From an uncultured Candidatus Saccharibacteria bacterium (GTDB lineage Bacteria > Patescibacteriota > WWE3 > UBA101185 > 2-01-FULL-41-18), in the NCBI GenBank assembly GCA_964636285.1, contig CAZWQF010000005.1, forward strand, positions 19,167 through 83,166: a stretch of DNA of 64,000 nt. Direction: 5' to 3'. The position numbers and the translations under genes were made by a program. Numbering within the stretch: position 1 is the stretch's first letter; each line of letters opens with the position of its first letter. Of this stretch, positions 9,543-19,382 are shown piece by piece. The notes below the pieces were generated by a model. That model was not told the DNA's origin. It ran no database searches and was given only the letters and a program-made list of their open reading frames with translations.

Positions 9543-11660
9543 GTGAGACTGGGTCCTAAAATCACACTTTTTGCCGGTTTGATTAACATAGCTTCGCTAG
9601 TGTTTGTATATTTTGTATTTCAATCAGTGTTAATAGGCGGCTTAAGAAACATTGAGGACACAAGGGTTAGAACCAGTATAGATAGGATTCGTGAGGCTAT
9701 TCAAAATAGAATAGTTGCAGTTGATTTAAAAAACCAATCTTTTTCTACTTCTGATGAGACAAGAAAAGTAATCTTTGGCTATTCTTCAAAACCTCAATAT
9801 GAGCTTGCTAACTTAGATTTGATTCAAATATATGACAAAGGCGGTAAATCCCTGTACACAAACATAAAACCAGTACCTGGAAACAGATTGGACTCGGATT
9901 CCCTATTAATAAAGAATGCACTGTCTGGCAAAAAGTCATCTGGTGTCATACTTTTTGAAGAGGGCTACCTAATGATCTCAGCAAGACCTGTAATTTACGA
10001 TACTGAGAGTAATAAAGTGGAAGGGGTTATTCTTGCTGGTGAGCTCTTGGACGAAAGTCTATTTGCAGAGATTTCTCAACAAGTGAAAATTAGTTTTGAT
10101 GTATCTGGTGTAGATCCAATAAAATCAGAGTTATTTAAAGTGCTCTCCAGTCTAAAATCTGGGCAGCTCTATGTACTTGAGGTTCCAAATACAACAGATC
10201 CAATTAAAGGTTACTCCTTGTTCTCCGGAGTGGATGACTCACCACTTTTCATTATTGAAGTAAATACAGACAGAGAGCTTTTTAAGGAAGGCGAGAAGGC
10301 TATTAGATACCTTGTAGCTTCGCTGGTGGTCGCAGGAGTGGCCTCAATGGTAGTACTTGTGATTTTATTCAACTCAATTGCTGTGGGCAGGCTTAGGAAG
10401 CTTGAGAAAGATGTTAAGAGCATTAGATCTCTAGGTAACTTTTCCAAAAGAGTTGATGTAGTTGGGGTTGATGAGATAGGGGTCTTAGCAAAAGATATTA
10501 ATGACATGCTAGGTTCGCTTGAAATATCTCAGAGACTTCTGCTTGAAGAGGAGCAGCATGTTAAAAAGAAAGTTGAGGAGCAGACAAAGGAGATCAGGGA
10601 AGGCGAAGCCAAGCTCTTTGCTTCCATCAACAGTGTGCCTAATGGCCTAATTATTACCGACAAGGAGGGTAATCTTGTCCTTGTAAATCAGGCCACGTCC
10701 AGAATCCTGAACTTAAAAGATATCCCCCTCACTCTGGCTTCGCTTCAGGTTCTATTTGGGGACTCCCTTTTGCTTCAGGAGAGCTATAACAAATGTTTGG
10801 ATACTCAGAGGCCAATTTCGATTGATGAGGTAAAGTATGGTTCCAAGCTACTTCAAATCTATATTGCCCCCATATACTTTTTGGGCGATAGGAAGAACAA
10901 CATCACAGGTGTGGTAATTCTAATTACGGATATTACTGAGCCAAAGCTTATTGAAAGATCAAAAGATGAATTCTTCTCTATTGCTTCGCATGAGCTTAGA
11001 ACGCCTCTAACTGCAATTAGAGGCAATACAGACCTTCTTAAAAAGTTTTATTTTGAGAAGTTTCCTGAAGATCAGAGTTTTAAAGAGATGGTTTCAGATA
11101 TCAACGAAGCGTCGTTAAGGTTGATGGGTATAGTTAATGAATTCCTCACTACATCAAGACTTGAGCTGGGGAAAATTGAGTTTGCAAAGCAAGGATTTGA
11201 TATTGAGGAGCTTGTTGCAAGTGTAATACACGAGTTTTCAATTCCTGCAAAAGACAAAGGACTTGCAATTTCCTTGGTTAAGCTAAGTGACCCACTTCCA
11301 AAAGTGTATGCAGACAGAGATAGAGTCAGGGAAGTTTTTGTGAACTTAATAAGTAATGCAGTAAAGTACTCCGATACAGGAAAGATTGATGTGAAACTTA
11401 AATGGGATGGTGATTATTTGCAGACGTCAGTTGAAGACACTGGTAGGGGAATTCCTCTTGAAAACCAAAACTTTTTGTTTAGGAAATTCCAGCAGGCTAA
11501 AAGAAATATTTATGCTCGGGATACTGCAAGCAGCACTGGTCTTGGTTTATACATCTGCAAACTTCTGATTGAGAACATGGGAGGTCAAATATATCTTGAA
11601 AAATCTGAGGAAGGTGTTGGGTCTACATTCACTTTCACGCTTCCTTTAGCTTCAGAATAG
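9543..11660 (+). CDS. Membrane sensor histidine kinase (CHASE4-like sensor, HAMP, PAS, HisKA, HATPase)
   Basis: Two TM helices, DEIGVLAKDINDM HAMP, SHELRTPLT, NLISNAVKY, DTGRGI, TGLGL. Confidence 0.9.
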   Translation: MRLGPKITLFAGLINIASLVFVYFVFQSVLIGGLRNIEDTRVRTSIDRIREAIQNRIVAVDLKNQSFSTSDETRKVIFGYSSKPQYELANLDLIQIYDKGGKSLYTNIKPVPGNRLDSDSLLIKNALSGKKSSGVILFEEGYLMISARPVIYDTESNKVEGVILAGELLDESLFAEISQQVKISFDVSGVDPIKSELFKVLSSLKSGQLYVLEVPNTTDPIKGYSLFSGVDDSPLFIIEVNTDRELFKEGEKAIRYLVASLVVAGVASMVVLVILFNSIAVGRLRKLEKDVKSIRSLGNFSKRVDVVGVDEIGVLAKDINDMLGSLEISQRLLLEEEQHVKKKVEEQTKEIREGEAKLFASINSVPNGLIITDKEGNLVLVNQATSRILNLKDIPLTLASLQVLFGDSLLLQESYNKCLDTQRPISIDEVKYGSKLLQIYIAPIYFLGDRKNNITGVVILITDITEPKLIERSKDEFFSIASHELRTPLTAIRGNTDLLKKFYFEKFPEDQSFKEMVSDINEASLRLMGIVNEFLTTSRLELGKIEFAKQGFDIEELVASVIHEFSIPAKDKGLAISLVKLSDPLPKVYADRDRVREVFVNLISNAVKYSDTGKIDVKLKWDGDYLQTSVEDTGRGIPLENQNFLFRKFQQAKRNIYARDTASSTGLGLYICKLLIENMGGQIYLEKSEEGVGSTFTFTLPLASE

Positions 11661-11705
11661 GGTTTAGCTCTTGAAATTTAGCTCAAGTATTACTATTATA
11701 TTTAC

Positions 11706-12071
11706 ATGGCAAGGATACTAATAATTGAAGATGACCCGTTAATGCTGAGAATGTACGAAAAAGTATTTAAGTACGAAGGTTTTGAAGTTGTGTTAGTTAA
11801 CAATGGCAAAGAAGGTGTTGGTCTTGCAAAGACAAGTAATCCAAGTCTTGTAGTTCTTGACTTGATGATGCCTGAAATGGATGGTTTGCAGGTTTTGGAG
11901 CTCTTAAAAAAAGACGAAACAACAAAGCATATTCCGGTTGTAATTCTTACAAATCTTGTAAATGACTCAGTTCTTAATACCGCCATGTCACTTGGTGCAA
12001 AAGGCTACCTTGTAAAATCAGAAATCTCAAACGATAAAATTGTTGAAGAGGTCAAAAAGTATCTTAGTTAG
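11706..12071 (+). CDS. Single-domain response regulator (receiver only)
   Basis: ILIIEDD, LDLMMPEMDG, VVILTN, YLVK. Confidence 0.92.
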   Translation: MARILIIEDDPLMLRMYEKVFKYEGFEVVLVNNGKEGVGLAKTSNPSLVVLDLMMPEMDGLQVLELLKKDETTKHIPVVILTNLVNDSVLNTAMSLGAKGYLVKSEISNDKIVEEVKKYLS

Positions 12072-12079
12072 CCTTTGAT

Positions 12080-12109
12080 ATCAAAGCCGGGTTTTACGCC
12101 GGCCTTGAT
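12080..12109. terminator. Hairpin between the convergent response regulator and mscL, probable terminator
   Basis: ATCAAAGCCGG-gttttacg-CCGGCCTTGAT imperfect inverted repeat. Confidence 0.5.
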
Positions 12110-12119
12110 CCTATCTTAC

Positions 12120-12419
12120 TTATTTTTTCTTGTCTAATTTATCAAGACCGAGTCCCTTTACTCCGTAGTAAACAACCAGAGCAATGACTAAGAAATCAAT
12201 TCCTGTGTTAAGAAAGCTTCCCCACATGAGTTTAGCGCTTCCTATTTGAAAGTATGCGCTTTTGAGGTCTCCTGCAGCACCAAGGATTATTCCAAGTACT
12301 GGATTTACAATGTCTGCAACAAGCGAGGACACTACTTTTGAAACAGCACCTCCTAGAATAAAACCTACTGCGAGCCCAATTACACCCTGTTCTCTAATGA
12401 ATTCCAAAAATCCTTTCAT
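12120..12419 (-). CDS. mscL: Large-conductance mechanosensitive channel, short form
   Basis: FLEFIREQGVIGLAVGFILGGAVSKVVSSLVADIVNP, WGSFLN..IDFLVIA; SD AAGGAGGT upstream. Confidence 0.9.
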   Translation of the reverse strand: MKGFLEFIREQGVIGLAVGFILGGAVSKVVSSLVADIVNPVLGIILGAAGDLKSAYFQIGSAKLMWGSFLNTGIDFLVIALVVYYGVKGLGLDKLDKKK

Positions 12420-12496
12420 GATGTATCACCTCCTTATATATAGAATCATATAATATTTTTCTTTTTGCTCCAATCAAAAAGTGCTAAAATGCAAAA

Positions 12497-12877
12497 ATGA
12501 TCAATAGACTTAATCATGTAGTAATCATAGTTCCTGAATATGAAGAAGCTCTAGCCTATTACGTTGATGTACTTGGATTTGAAAAGCACGCAGATATGCC
12601 ACTTGGAGATGGATTTAGGTGGTTAACTGTAGCGCCAAAGAATCAATCCGACGTAAGGATAGTCCTGTCAAAGGCCACAGATCCTGTTGAGGAAGACTTA
12701 ATAGGTAAAGTTAGAGGTTGGGTTTTTGAAGTTGATGATTGTAAAAACGCTTGCGAAGATTTGGTAACTAAGGGAGTGAAACTTTTAGAGACGCCATCTT
12801 CTTACGTCTGGGGTACTCAGGCAATAATCGAAGACATGTACGGAAATCAGTTCACTTTATTGCAACCTAATTCGTAA
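12497..12877 (+). CDS. VOC/glyoxalase family protein
   Basis: HVVIIV..YEEALAYYVDVLGF, RWLTV, WGTQAIIEDMYGN. Confidence 0.88.
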   Translation: MINRLNHVVIIVPEYEEALAYYVDVLGFEKHADMPLGDGFRWLTVAPKNQSDVRIVLSKATDPVEEDLIGKVRGWVFEVDDCKNACEDLVTKGVKLLETPSSYVWGTQAIIEDMYGNQFTLLQPNS

Positions 12878-13616
12878 TCACAAACTTATTTAAGACCCAT
12901 GCAAGACCATCTTCAGACACCGAAGGGGCAATGTAATCGGCTTTTGAAATCAGAGCTTTTGTAGCAGTTCCCATGGCTACTTTGTTTCCACAGGCTTCAA
13001 ATAAGTGTAAATCATTGTCAGAATCTCCAATTGCCAGAACAAACTCTTTTTTTACTCCTAAAATCTCAAGTAATTTTTGAGTGGCAAATTTCTTTGTTGC
13101 AAGCCTATGTGTTATGTGTGCATCGAATTTATCTGTTTCCCATGACGGCACTATGCTTATACTCATCTCTTGTATGTCTTTTATGGAGTCAAAAAACTTT
13201 GTTGCTGCTTCTTTTGATAAGTTCTTTGCGTAAATAATCTTGACGTCATTTTTATTTAGTTGAAAATTAATTATTGATTCAGGAAATTCTTCGTCAAAAA
13301 ATAGCTTAATAAGAAGGTTGTCTGCGCACTTAGATATTAAAGCAAGGTCATTATGGTTTATGTACTGTTGCCAGATGATTGAGTCTGTAACTGGATCATA
13401 TATTTCGGTGCCACCTGAGAGTATGCATGGTCTTATTATTCCTAGATCTTTTATGATTCTTAGTGCGGTGGCTTTTGACCTACCCGTAGCGCAAGTTACT
13501 TGTGTCAACTTTGAAGCTTTGTGTACAGCATTTATTACTTCAGTGCTTGGGGAGGCTCCTAGCCTTGGTTGGACTGCAGTTCCGTCTAAATCAAATATGA
13601 CCGCTTTGATTACCAC
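12867..13616 (-). CDS. Cof-type HAD-IIB hydrolase
   Basis: FDLDGT, ATGR, K, AIGDSDND, DGLA. Confidence 0.9.
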   Translation of the reverse strand: MVIKAVIFDLDGTAVQPRLGASPSTEVINAVHKASKLTQVTCATGRSKATALRIIKDLGIIRPCILSGGTEIYDPVTDSIIWQQYINHNDLALISKCADNLLIKLFFDEEFPESIINFQLNKNDVKIIYAKNLSKEAATKFFDSIKDIQEMSISIVPSWETDKFDAHITHRLATKKFATQKLLEILGVKKEFVLAIGDSDNDLHLFEACGNKVAMGTATKALISKADYIAPSVSEDGLAWVLNKFVITN

Positions 13617-15644
13617 TTAATAAACCTTCAAAATTGTTACTCCTGTATTTCCATAAATCGGTTCTCCAAGACTTAAGAGTTTATTTGTTTGAATTCTTCC
13701 GCCATAGATTCTACTTTCTTGTTCTCCAAGAATGATGTAGTCAATCTTGTACTTCTTAAGAAGTATTTTTGACCTCTCTATATCCTCTCCAGTATATATT
13801 TCTGAAACCTCTGTTCTTCTGTTTCCAACTTCAGTGTAGTCTCCTCTCCACGTCCATTCGTGAACTGGCCATCCAACTATTGAAGGTGCACCAAGATAAA
13901 CAGAGTAATAGTTATTATCCTCATAACTTTCTCCAGAGGCCTCAACAATTCTAAATGGCTTTGGTTGCTTATCTAAGAACATTAACGCGTCATAATCGTA
14001 AGGGTATTTATTTGCAAGCCATAACAATGGATTTGAGATACCCATGTACTGCTTTGACTGAATAAAATATTGAGTTGTTTTAATTGGGTAAATTGAACCA
14101 ACACTTAGTACGGTAATAAGAAGCAAAAGAAAGAATTTGTTTCTTTTAATCGAATAAGAAATCATTACTCCAGTAAACAAAGAAAGGGATATCCACTCAT
14201 GTCCAGTAAGTTTTAAGAACGTATTCGCTCTAAACCACTCCCCTTGGCTGAGAATATCCTTGAAGTAAAATGTTTCTGAAAAAATAAATAAAAATATAGC
14301 GTATCCAAGTATAAGTGCTAAAAAGATCTTGACTCTACTTTTAGTTAAATCAATAAAATACTTTAAACAAAGTAAGACTGCAATCAAGAATATCCCCCAA
14401 AAAAATAGCCAACTTTGAAAGTTTGATCTTTGATGTACAAAATCAAGCCCCTTAACAGGTGTTTTAAGAAACAAAACTAAAGGCGCTGTAACTAGAAGAA
14501 AAATTAAAGCTGAGTATATTTCGCGGATTCCAAAATTAAGTAAAGATTTTTTATATTCTATTGCAAAAACAGTTCCCGTAACGAGAATGAGTGGTAATAT
14601 GTCCCAAGTGTTAGTTATAAACGATATACCTAGTAAAAAAGAAATGAATAGATAAAACTTGTACCTGAGAGGGCCTGGTTTATTTGTTTCATCAGAACCG
14701 TATGTGTAAAAACTCCATAGTGTGTACAGAATCACTACTGTCATTAAGTAGCCAAATACATGTGGATGTATGTTTGCTTCTAAGTATGAAAAAAATGGAA
14801 TTTCTGTGATTGTGCCTTTTATAGATCTTGTCGCTTCAGCATACCAAAATTGATAGTCATTAGGGAACCACTTCCCTTTAGTTACAGAGTTTAAAAACCA
14901 TTTAATACTTTGCAGAGGTCCAGAAAAACAAAATAGGAATGTTGATAGGAGTCCTGCAATTACAGAATAGAGATTTGAATGGGTAATAATTTTTGTAATT
15001 TCCTTTGAAAGACTGAAGATAATAGTTCCTGTGGCAGCAAAAAGTAGCGCTGACATTAAATAAAATCCTCGCATACTGTTTTGACCAGATAGTGTATTTA
15101 ATATGTATGAGATCATGTGGGAAAAGTAGTAATAGTTAGTGGTTTTTCCAGCAAACCATACATCCTGTAGTGGCAACTCCTTTGTAGATTCTAATGTTCT
15201 TATAAATCCAAAGTCCATGAACCTTTCAATTTGATATATTTCAGGTCTTCTAGCTAATAGAAAATACATCGCAAAAAATAGCAATGTGAAAAGGATTGTT
15301 TGAAAGATGAGAGTTCTGTAGTTTTCCTTAAGCCAATTCTTAATTATATTTTTAAAGTCGCTTCTATAAAGTAGCAAATTCAATAACACCCAAGCTGATG
15401 TAACGCCAAATACGCATATCGGATTTAAGGTTTTGATTGGAAAAAATGACCCTAAGGTGAATGTTATTGCTCCTATAACAAACATTGATACAAAGAAAGA
15501 CACTGAAAGGCCTTTGTCTTCTGACTTTCCAAAAAATAAATTGGAAAACGGTAGGCCAATAGCTGTAAGAAGTGCTACAACTAGTAAATATGGAAGTATA
15601 TAGTGAGTGAGGTCGCCGATAAATATTTTACTAATTTCCTGCAT
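13617..15644 (-). CDS. DUF2298 / YYY-motif polytopic membrane protein (probable GT-C fold)
   Basis: ERFMDFGF, P.QDVWFAG..NYYYF, ITEIPFFSYL..NIHPH, NTWD, GWPVHEWTWRG. Confidence 0.82.
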   Translation of the reverse strand: MQEISKIFIGDLTHYILPYLLVVALLTAIGLPFSNLFFGKSEDKGLSVSFFVSMFVIGAITFTLGSFFPIKTLNPICVFGVTSAWVLLNLLLYRSDFKNIIKNWLKENYRTLIFQTILFTLLFFAMYFLLARRPEIYQIERFMDFGFIRTLESTKELPLQDVWFAGKTTNYYYFSHMISYILNTLSGQNSMRGFYLMSALLFAATGTIIFSLSKEITKIITHSNLYSVIAGLLSTFLFCFSGPLQSIKWFLNSVTKGKWFPNDYQFWYAEATRSIKGTITEIPFFSYLEANIHPHVFGYLMTVVILYTLWSFYTYGSDETNKPGPLRYKFYLFISFLLGISFITNTWDILPLILVTGTVFAIEYKKSLLNFGIREIYSALIFLLVTAPLVLFLKTPVKGLDFVHQRSNFQSWLFFWGIFLIAVLLCLKYFIDLTKSRVKIFLALILGYAIFLFIFSETFYFKDILSQGEWFRANTFLKLTGHEWISLSLFTGVMISYSIKRNKFFLLLLITVLSVGSIYPIKTTQYFIQSKQYMGISNPLLWLANKYPYDYDALMFLDKQPKPFRIVEASGESYEDNNYYSVYLGAPSIVGWPVHEWTWRGDYTEVGNRRTEVSEIYTGEDIERSKILLKKYKIDYIILGEQESRIYGGRIQTNKLLSLGEPIYGNTGVTILKVY

Positions 15645-15713
15645 AATTTATTACTAAATAATAGCACCTTTTACTACTCAGCAAATTATCAGCTCAAAGC
15701 ATATAATAAGTCT

Positions 15714-16385
15714 ATGCACGTGTTAATAGTTGAAGATGATTTTAGAATATCTAACGCCATAAAAAAAGGCTTTGAACAAGAAAAAATTATTGTTGACCAG
15801 GCTTTTACTGGTGACGAAGGTTTTGACCTTGCAGTAACTCAAAAATACGATGTGCTAATTCTAGATCTTATGCTTCCAGGTTTGGATGGGTTAGAAATTT
15901 GCAAAAAACTCAGGACTGAAAAAAACTACACACCAATTTTAATGTTGACTGCAAAAGGAGATCTTCAAGACAAGCTTGAGGGTTTTAAAAGTGGGGCTGA
16001 TGACTATTTAGCAAAGCCGTTCGCTTTTGAAGAGTTACTGGCAAGAGTAAAAGCTTTATCTAAAAGACCCGAGATAATCAGTGATAATCTTTTAACATGC
16101 ATGGATCTTTCTTTAAACACAGTTAATTTTAAAGTAGAAAGGGCTGGGAAAGAAATATTACTTTCTAGAAAAGAGTATGCTCTCCTGGAGTACCTATTGA
16201 GAAATAAAAATAGAATTCTTACCAAGGATCAGATCATTTCTCATGTATGGGATTATGACTCAGACATTCTTCCAAACACTGTAGAGCAGTATATTGGATA
16301 CTTAAGAGATAAAATTGATAAGCCGTATAGAAAAAATAAGTTAATTGTTACTGTTAGAGGTTTTGGGTACAAAATCCAGGAGTAG
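15714..16385 (+). CDS. OmpR/PhoB-family response regulator
   Basis: LIVEDD, LDLMLPGLDG, GADDYLAKPF, TVRGFGY. Start at 15714, 6 nt after TATAAT. Confidence 0.93.
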   Translation: MHVLIVEDDFRISNAIKKGFEQEKIIVDQAFTGDEGFDLAVTQKYDVLILDLMLPGLDGLEICKKLRTEKNYTPILMLTAKGDLQDKLEGFKSGADDYLAKPFAFEELLARVKALSKRPEIISDNLLTCMDLSLNTVNFKVERAGKEILLSRKEYALLEYLLRNKNRILTKDQIISHVWDYDSDILPNTVEQYIGYLRDKIDKPYRKNKLIVTVRGFGYKIQE

Positions 16386-16386
16386 T

Positions 16387-17412
16387 ATGTTTAAGTCAGC
16401 AAAAATTAAATTAACAGCATCATATGTAGCCATAGTAATGTTTGTTTCTGTTGCATTCAGTTCCTTTGTTTATGTTGGTGTGATGCAAAGCACTCAAAGA
16501 GCTCTTGAATCTCAAAAGAAGAGGCTTGAGCGAAGGCTTGAGGTAGGGCCTGCCCCTCAAAGACCTGGGGGGTTTGGACCTATGATTGATTCAGAAACCT
16601 TTAATGAGATTAGGGAGAGAACACTTCTAATGCTACTTGTGATAAACAGTGTAGTATTTGTAATAACAGGTGGAGCTGGGTACTTTATAGCCGGTGCTAC
16701 TTTGAAGCCAATAGAGGAAGCTACAAAAAAACAAAAAAGATTTATTTCTGACGCAGCGCACGAAATTAAAACACCATTGACAGCCATGAAAGCAAATCTT
16801 GAAGTTACGTTAAGAGATAAGAAACTTACTCTTGAAACAGCTAAAGAATGTCTACAAGGCGTGATCTCAGATGCGAACATGCTACAAAGTCTTGCCGAGA
16901 GCCTGCTTGCTCAAAGTAGGATTCAAAATGGTGACTCAGAAAAGTTTGTAAAAACGGATCTTCAACAAGTTGTTCAAGGGGCAATCAAACTTCATGCGGC
17001 CGATGCTAAAAATAAAAACATTGAGGTTAGTTATGAGGGTGTTCAATTATTTATAAACGCGCAGGTGGAGAACATTGGTATGGCAATCTCAAACTTAATT
17101 GATAATTCAGTTAAATATAATAAACCTGGCGGAAATATAGATTTGAAGATTGAGAAAACAGGGCAACATGCTGTTCTTGTAATTAAGGACACTGGCGTTG
17201 GGATATCTGATGAAGACGCTCCGCATATTTTTGAGCCATTTTATAGAGCAGACAAATCAAGATCAAAAAACAACGCTAAAGGTTATGGTCTTGGGCTAGC
17301 TATTGTCAAAGAGATACTGCAAAAAAATAAGGGTTCCGTTCAAGTGAAAAGTAAACTTGGCGAAGGTACGGAATTTATCCTCAAATTCCCACTTTCAGGT
17401 TATTCTCAGTAA
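16387..17412 (+). CDS. Membrane sensor histidine kinase
   Basis: Two TM helices, AHEIKTPLT, NLIDNSVKY, DTGVGI, GYGLGL. Confidence 0.92.
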   Translation: MFKSAKIKLTASYVAIVMFVSVAFSSFVYVGVMQSTQRALESQKKRLERRLEVGPAPQRPGGFGPMIDSETFNEIRERTLLMLLVINSVVFVITGGAGYFIAGATLKPIEEATKKQKRFISDAAHEIKTPLTAMKANLEVTLRDKKLTLETAKECLQGVISDANMLQSLAESLLAQSRIQNGDSEKFVKTDLQQVVQGAIKLHAADAKNKNIEVSYEGVQLFINAQVENIGMAISNLIDNSVKYNKPGGNIDLKIEKTGQHAVLVIKDTGVGISDEDAPHIFEPFYRADKSRSKNNAKGYGLGLAIVKEILQKNKGSVQVKSKLGEGTEFILKFPLSGYSQ

Positions 17413-17442
17413 TTTATCATATAAGTTTACTTGGAGAAGTTT

Positions 17443-18687
17443 ATGAAATTATTATCAAAATATAAATATGTTATTTTATTTGTTCTTTTAGTTGCAGGAG
17501 TAATTTTTGGTGGGCAGTACCTTCTTAATTCTAGTAATACTTCCACAAGTGCTGTAGGTAAATCTGAGACTTCAACAACCTCCAAGGTTTCTCAAGGATC
17601 CATTACCCAGGGCATATCAGCTTCTGGCCAAGTTCAGACAGCAAACTACCTTCCAGTTACGACTAGCGTAAATGGTATTGTTAAATCTGTATTTGTGAAG
17701 GAGGGAGATAAAGTATACAAAGGCCAAAAAATTATTGAAGTTACGCTATCTTCTGAGGGTGAAAAAAGCTTACTTAGTGCAAACGCTCAATACATGAAAG
17801 CCTCAAATGCACTTACTTCAACAAAAAATAATTTATATTCTTTACAGCTACAATTAAAGCAGAAGGAAAAAGCATTTGATGATATTAAAAAGACTACTGG
17901 CTACTCAAACTCAGAACAAAGATACAGTTACAGAATTGCAGAGCTTGACTATCAATCAGCTAAAAGTAAGTATGATGAGCTTCAATCCGAGATATCTCAG
18001 CTTGAGGTATCACTTAGTAGCTCTTGGCAAGATTACTTAACTCAATCTCCTATAATAACAGCCCCTTCAGACGGAGTGGTGGCAAACGTGGTTGCTGTTG
18101 AAGGTGCAAAGATTGAAAACTCAGTTTCGGAAAGATCAGTTCAGACGGTAGCCTCAATTAAAAAAGAGGGTACACCTATTGCATCTGTTAATGTTACCGA
18201 AATTGACATTAATTCAGTAAAAGTTGGGCAAAAGGTTAAGTTAACTTTGAACAGTGTTCCGAATCAAGAGTTCTCAGGTAAAGTTGCAGGAATAGATAAA
18301 ATTGGAACTGTATCAAATGGAGTTTCAAACTACCCAGTGATAATTAAATTTGACGAAGCCTCGGAAAAAGTACTTCCTAATATGGGAGTTGAAGCTTCAA
18401 TTGTTGTGGATGAAAAGGCTGATGTTTTGTATGTTCCTACTTCGGCAATAAAAACATCTGGGTCAAAAAAGACAGTTACACTTGTATCAGAGACCGAGAC
18501 TAAGCAGATTGAAGTAGTTACAGGAATTTCGGACACAACAAATACTGAAATAGTTTCTGGCTTAAAGCTGGATGACTCCGTTCAAATTAGTGCATTACCT
18601 ACATCAGGTTTTACTTCTTCGTCCAGTTCTAGTAGAAACTCCCCTCAAGGAATCTTTGGGATTTTTGGCGGAAACGTAAGGAGATAA
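17443..18687 (+). CDS. MacA-like efflux periplasmic adaptor (membrane fusion protein)
   Basis: Lipoyl halves (VKEGDKVYKGQ; ITAPSDGVV), coiled coil, VGQKV, LYVPTSAI, TEIVSGL. Confidence 0.88.
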   Translation: MKLLSKYKYVILFVLLVAGVIFGGQYLLNSSNTSTSAVGKSETSTTSKVSQGSITQGISASGQVQTANYLPVTTSVNGIVKSVFVKEGDKVYKGQKIIEVTLSSEGEKSLLSANAQYMKASNALTSTKNNLYSLQLQLKQKEKAFDDIKKTTGYSNSEQRYSYRIAELDYQSAKSKYDELQSEISQLEVSLSSSWQDYLTQSPIITAPSDGVVANVVAVEGAKIENSVSERSVQTVASIKKEGTPIASVNVTEIDINSVKVGQKVKLTLNSVPNQEFSGKVAGIDKIGTVSNGVSNYPVIIKFDEASEKVLPNMGVEASIVVDEKADVLYVPTSAIKTSGSKKTVTLVSETETKQIEVVTGISDTTNTEIVSGLKLDDSVQISALPTSGFTSSSSSSRNSPQGIFGIFGGNVRR

Positions 18688-18704
18688 AAATCTCTAGAAA
18701 ACTT

Positions 18705-19382
18705 ATGATTGAGGCAAGAAAAATAACCAAGATTTATGACAATGCAGGAGTTAAAACTCAAGTTTTGTTCAATATAAGTTTTAAGATTGAAAAAGGTGAG
18801 TTTGTAGCTATTATTGGCCCCTCCGGTTCTGGAAAGTCTACATTAATGCACATTCTTGGGGCACTGGATGTGCCAACTTCCGGAGAATACATATTAAATA
18901 ACAAATCAGTAGTAGCGCTAAATGACGATCAGCTAGCGGAAATTCGAAACAAAGAAATTGGTTTTATTTTTCAGTCCTACAACCTTCTTCCAAGGATGTC
19001 AGCTTTAAAAAATGTACTGATACCTATGGCGTATGCAGGAATTCCAAAAAAAGAACGAATGGTGAAAGCTTTGGAAGTTCTTAAGATTGTTGGGCTTGAG
19101 GATAAAATCAATAATCAACCAAGTCAGTTGTCAGGAGGACAAAAGCAAAGAGTGGCTATTGCTAGAGCACTTTCTTTGGAGCCAAGCATATTGCTTGCTG
19201 ACGAGCCTACAGGAAATTTACCAACTAATCAAAGTGACGAAATAATTGATTTGTTTGAAGACTTGAATAAAAAAGGACACACTGTACTTGTAATAACCCA
19301 CAATGACGCAATTGCAAAAAGAGCAAAGCGAATTATTTCAATAGTAGATGGAAGAATAGTTAGTGATGTAAAGAATGTATGA
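18705..19382 (+). CDS. ABC transporter ATP-binding protein (MacB/LolD type)
   Basis: GPSGSGKST, LSGGQKQR, LLADEPTGNL, ITH. Confidence 0.95.
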   Translation: MIEARKITKIYDNAGVKTQVLFNISFKIEKGEFVAIIGPSGSGKSTLMHILGALDVPTSGEYILNNKSVVALNDDQLAEIRNKEIGFIFQSYNLLPRMSALKNVLIPMAYAGIPKKERMVKALEVLKIVGLEDKINNQPSQLSGGQKQRVAIARALSLEPSILLADEPTGNLPTNQSDEIIDLFEDLNKKGHTVLVITHNDAIAKRAKRIISIVDGRIVSDVKNV

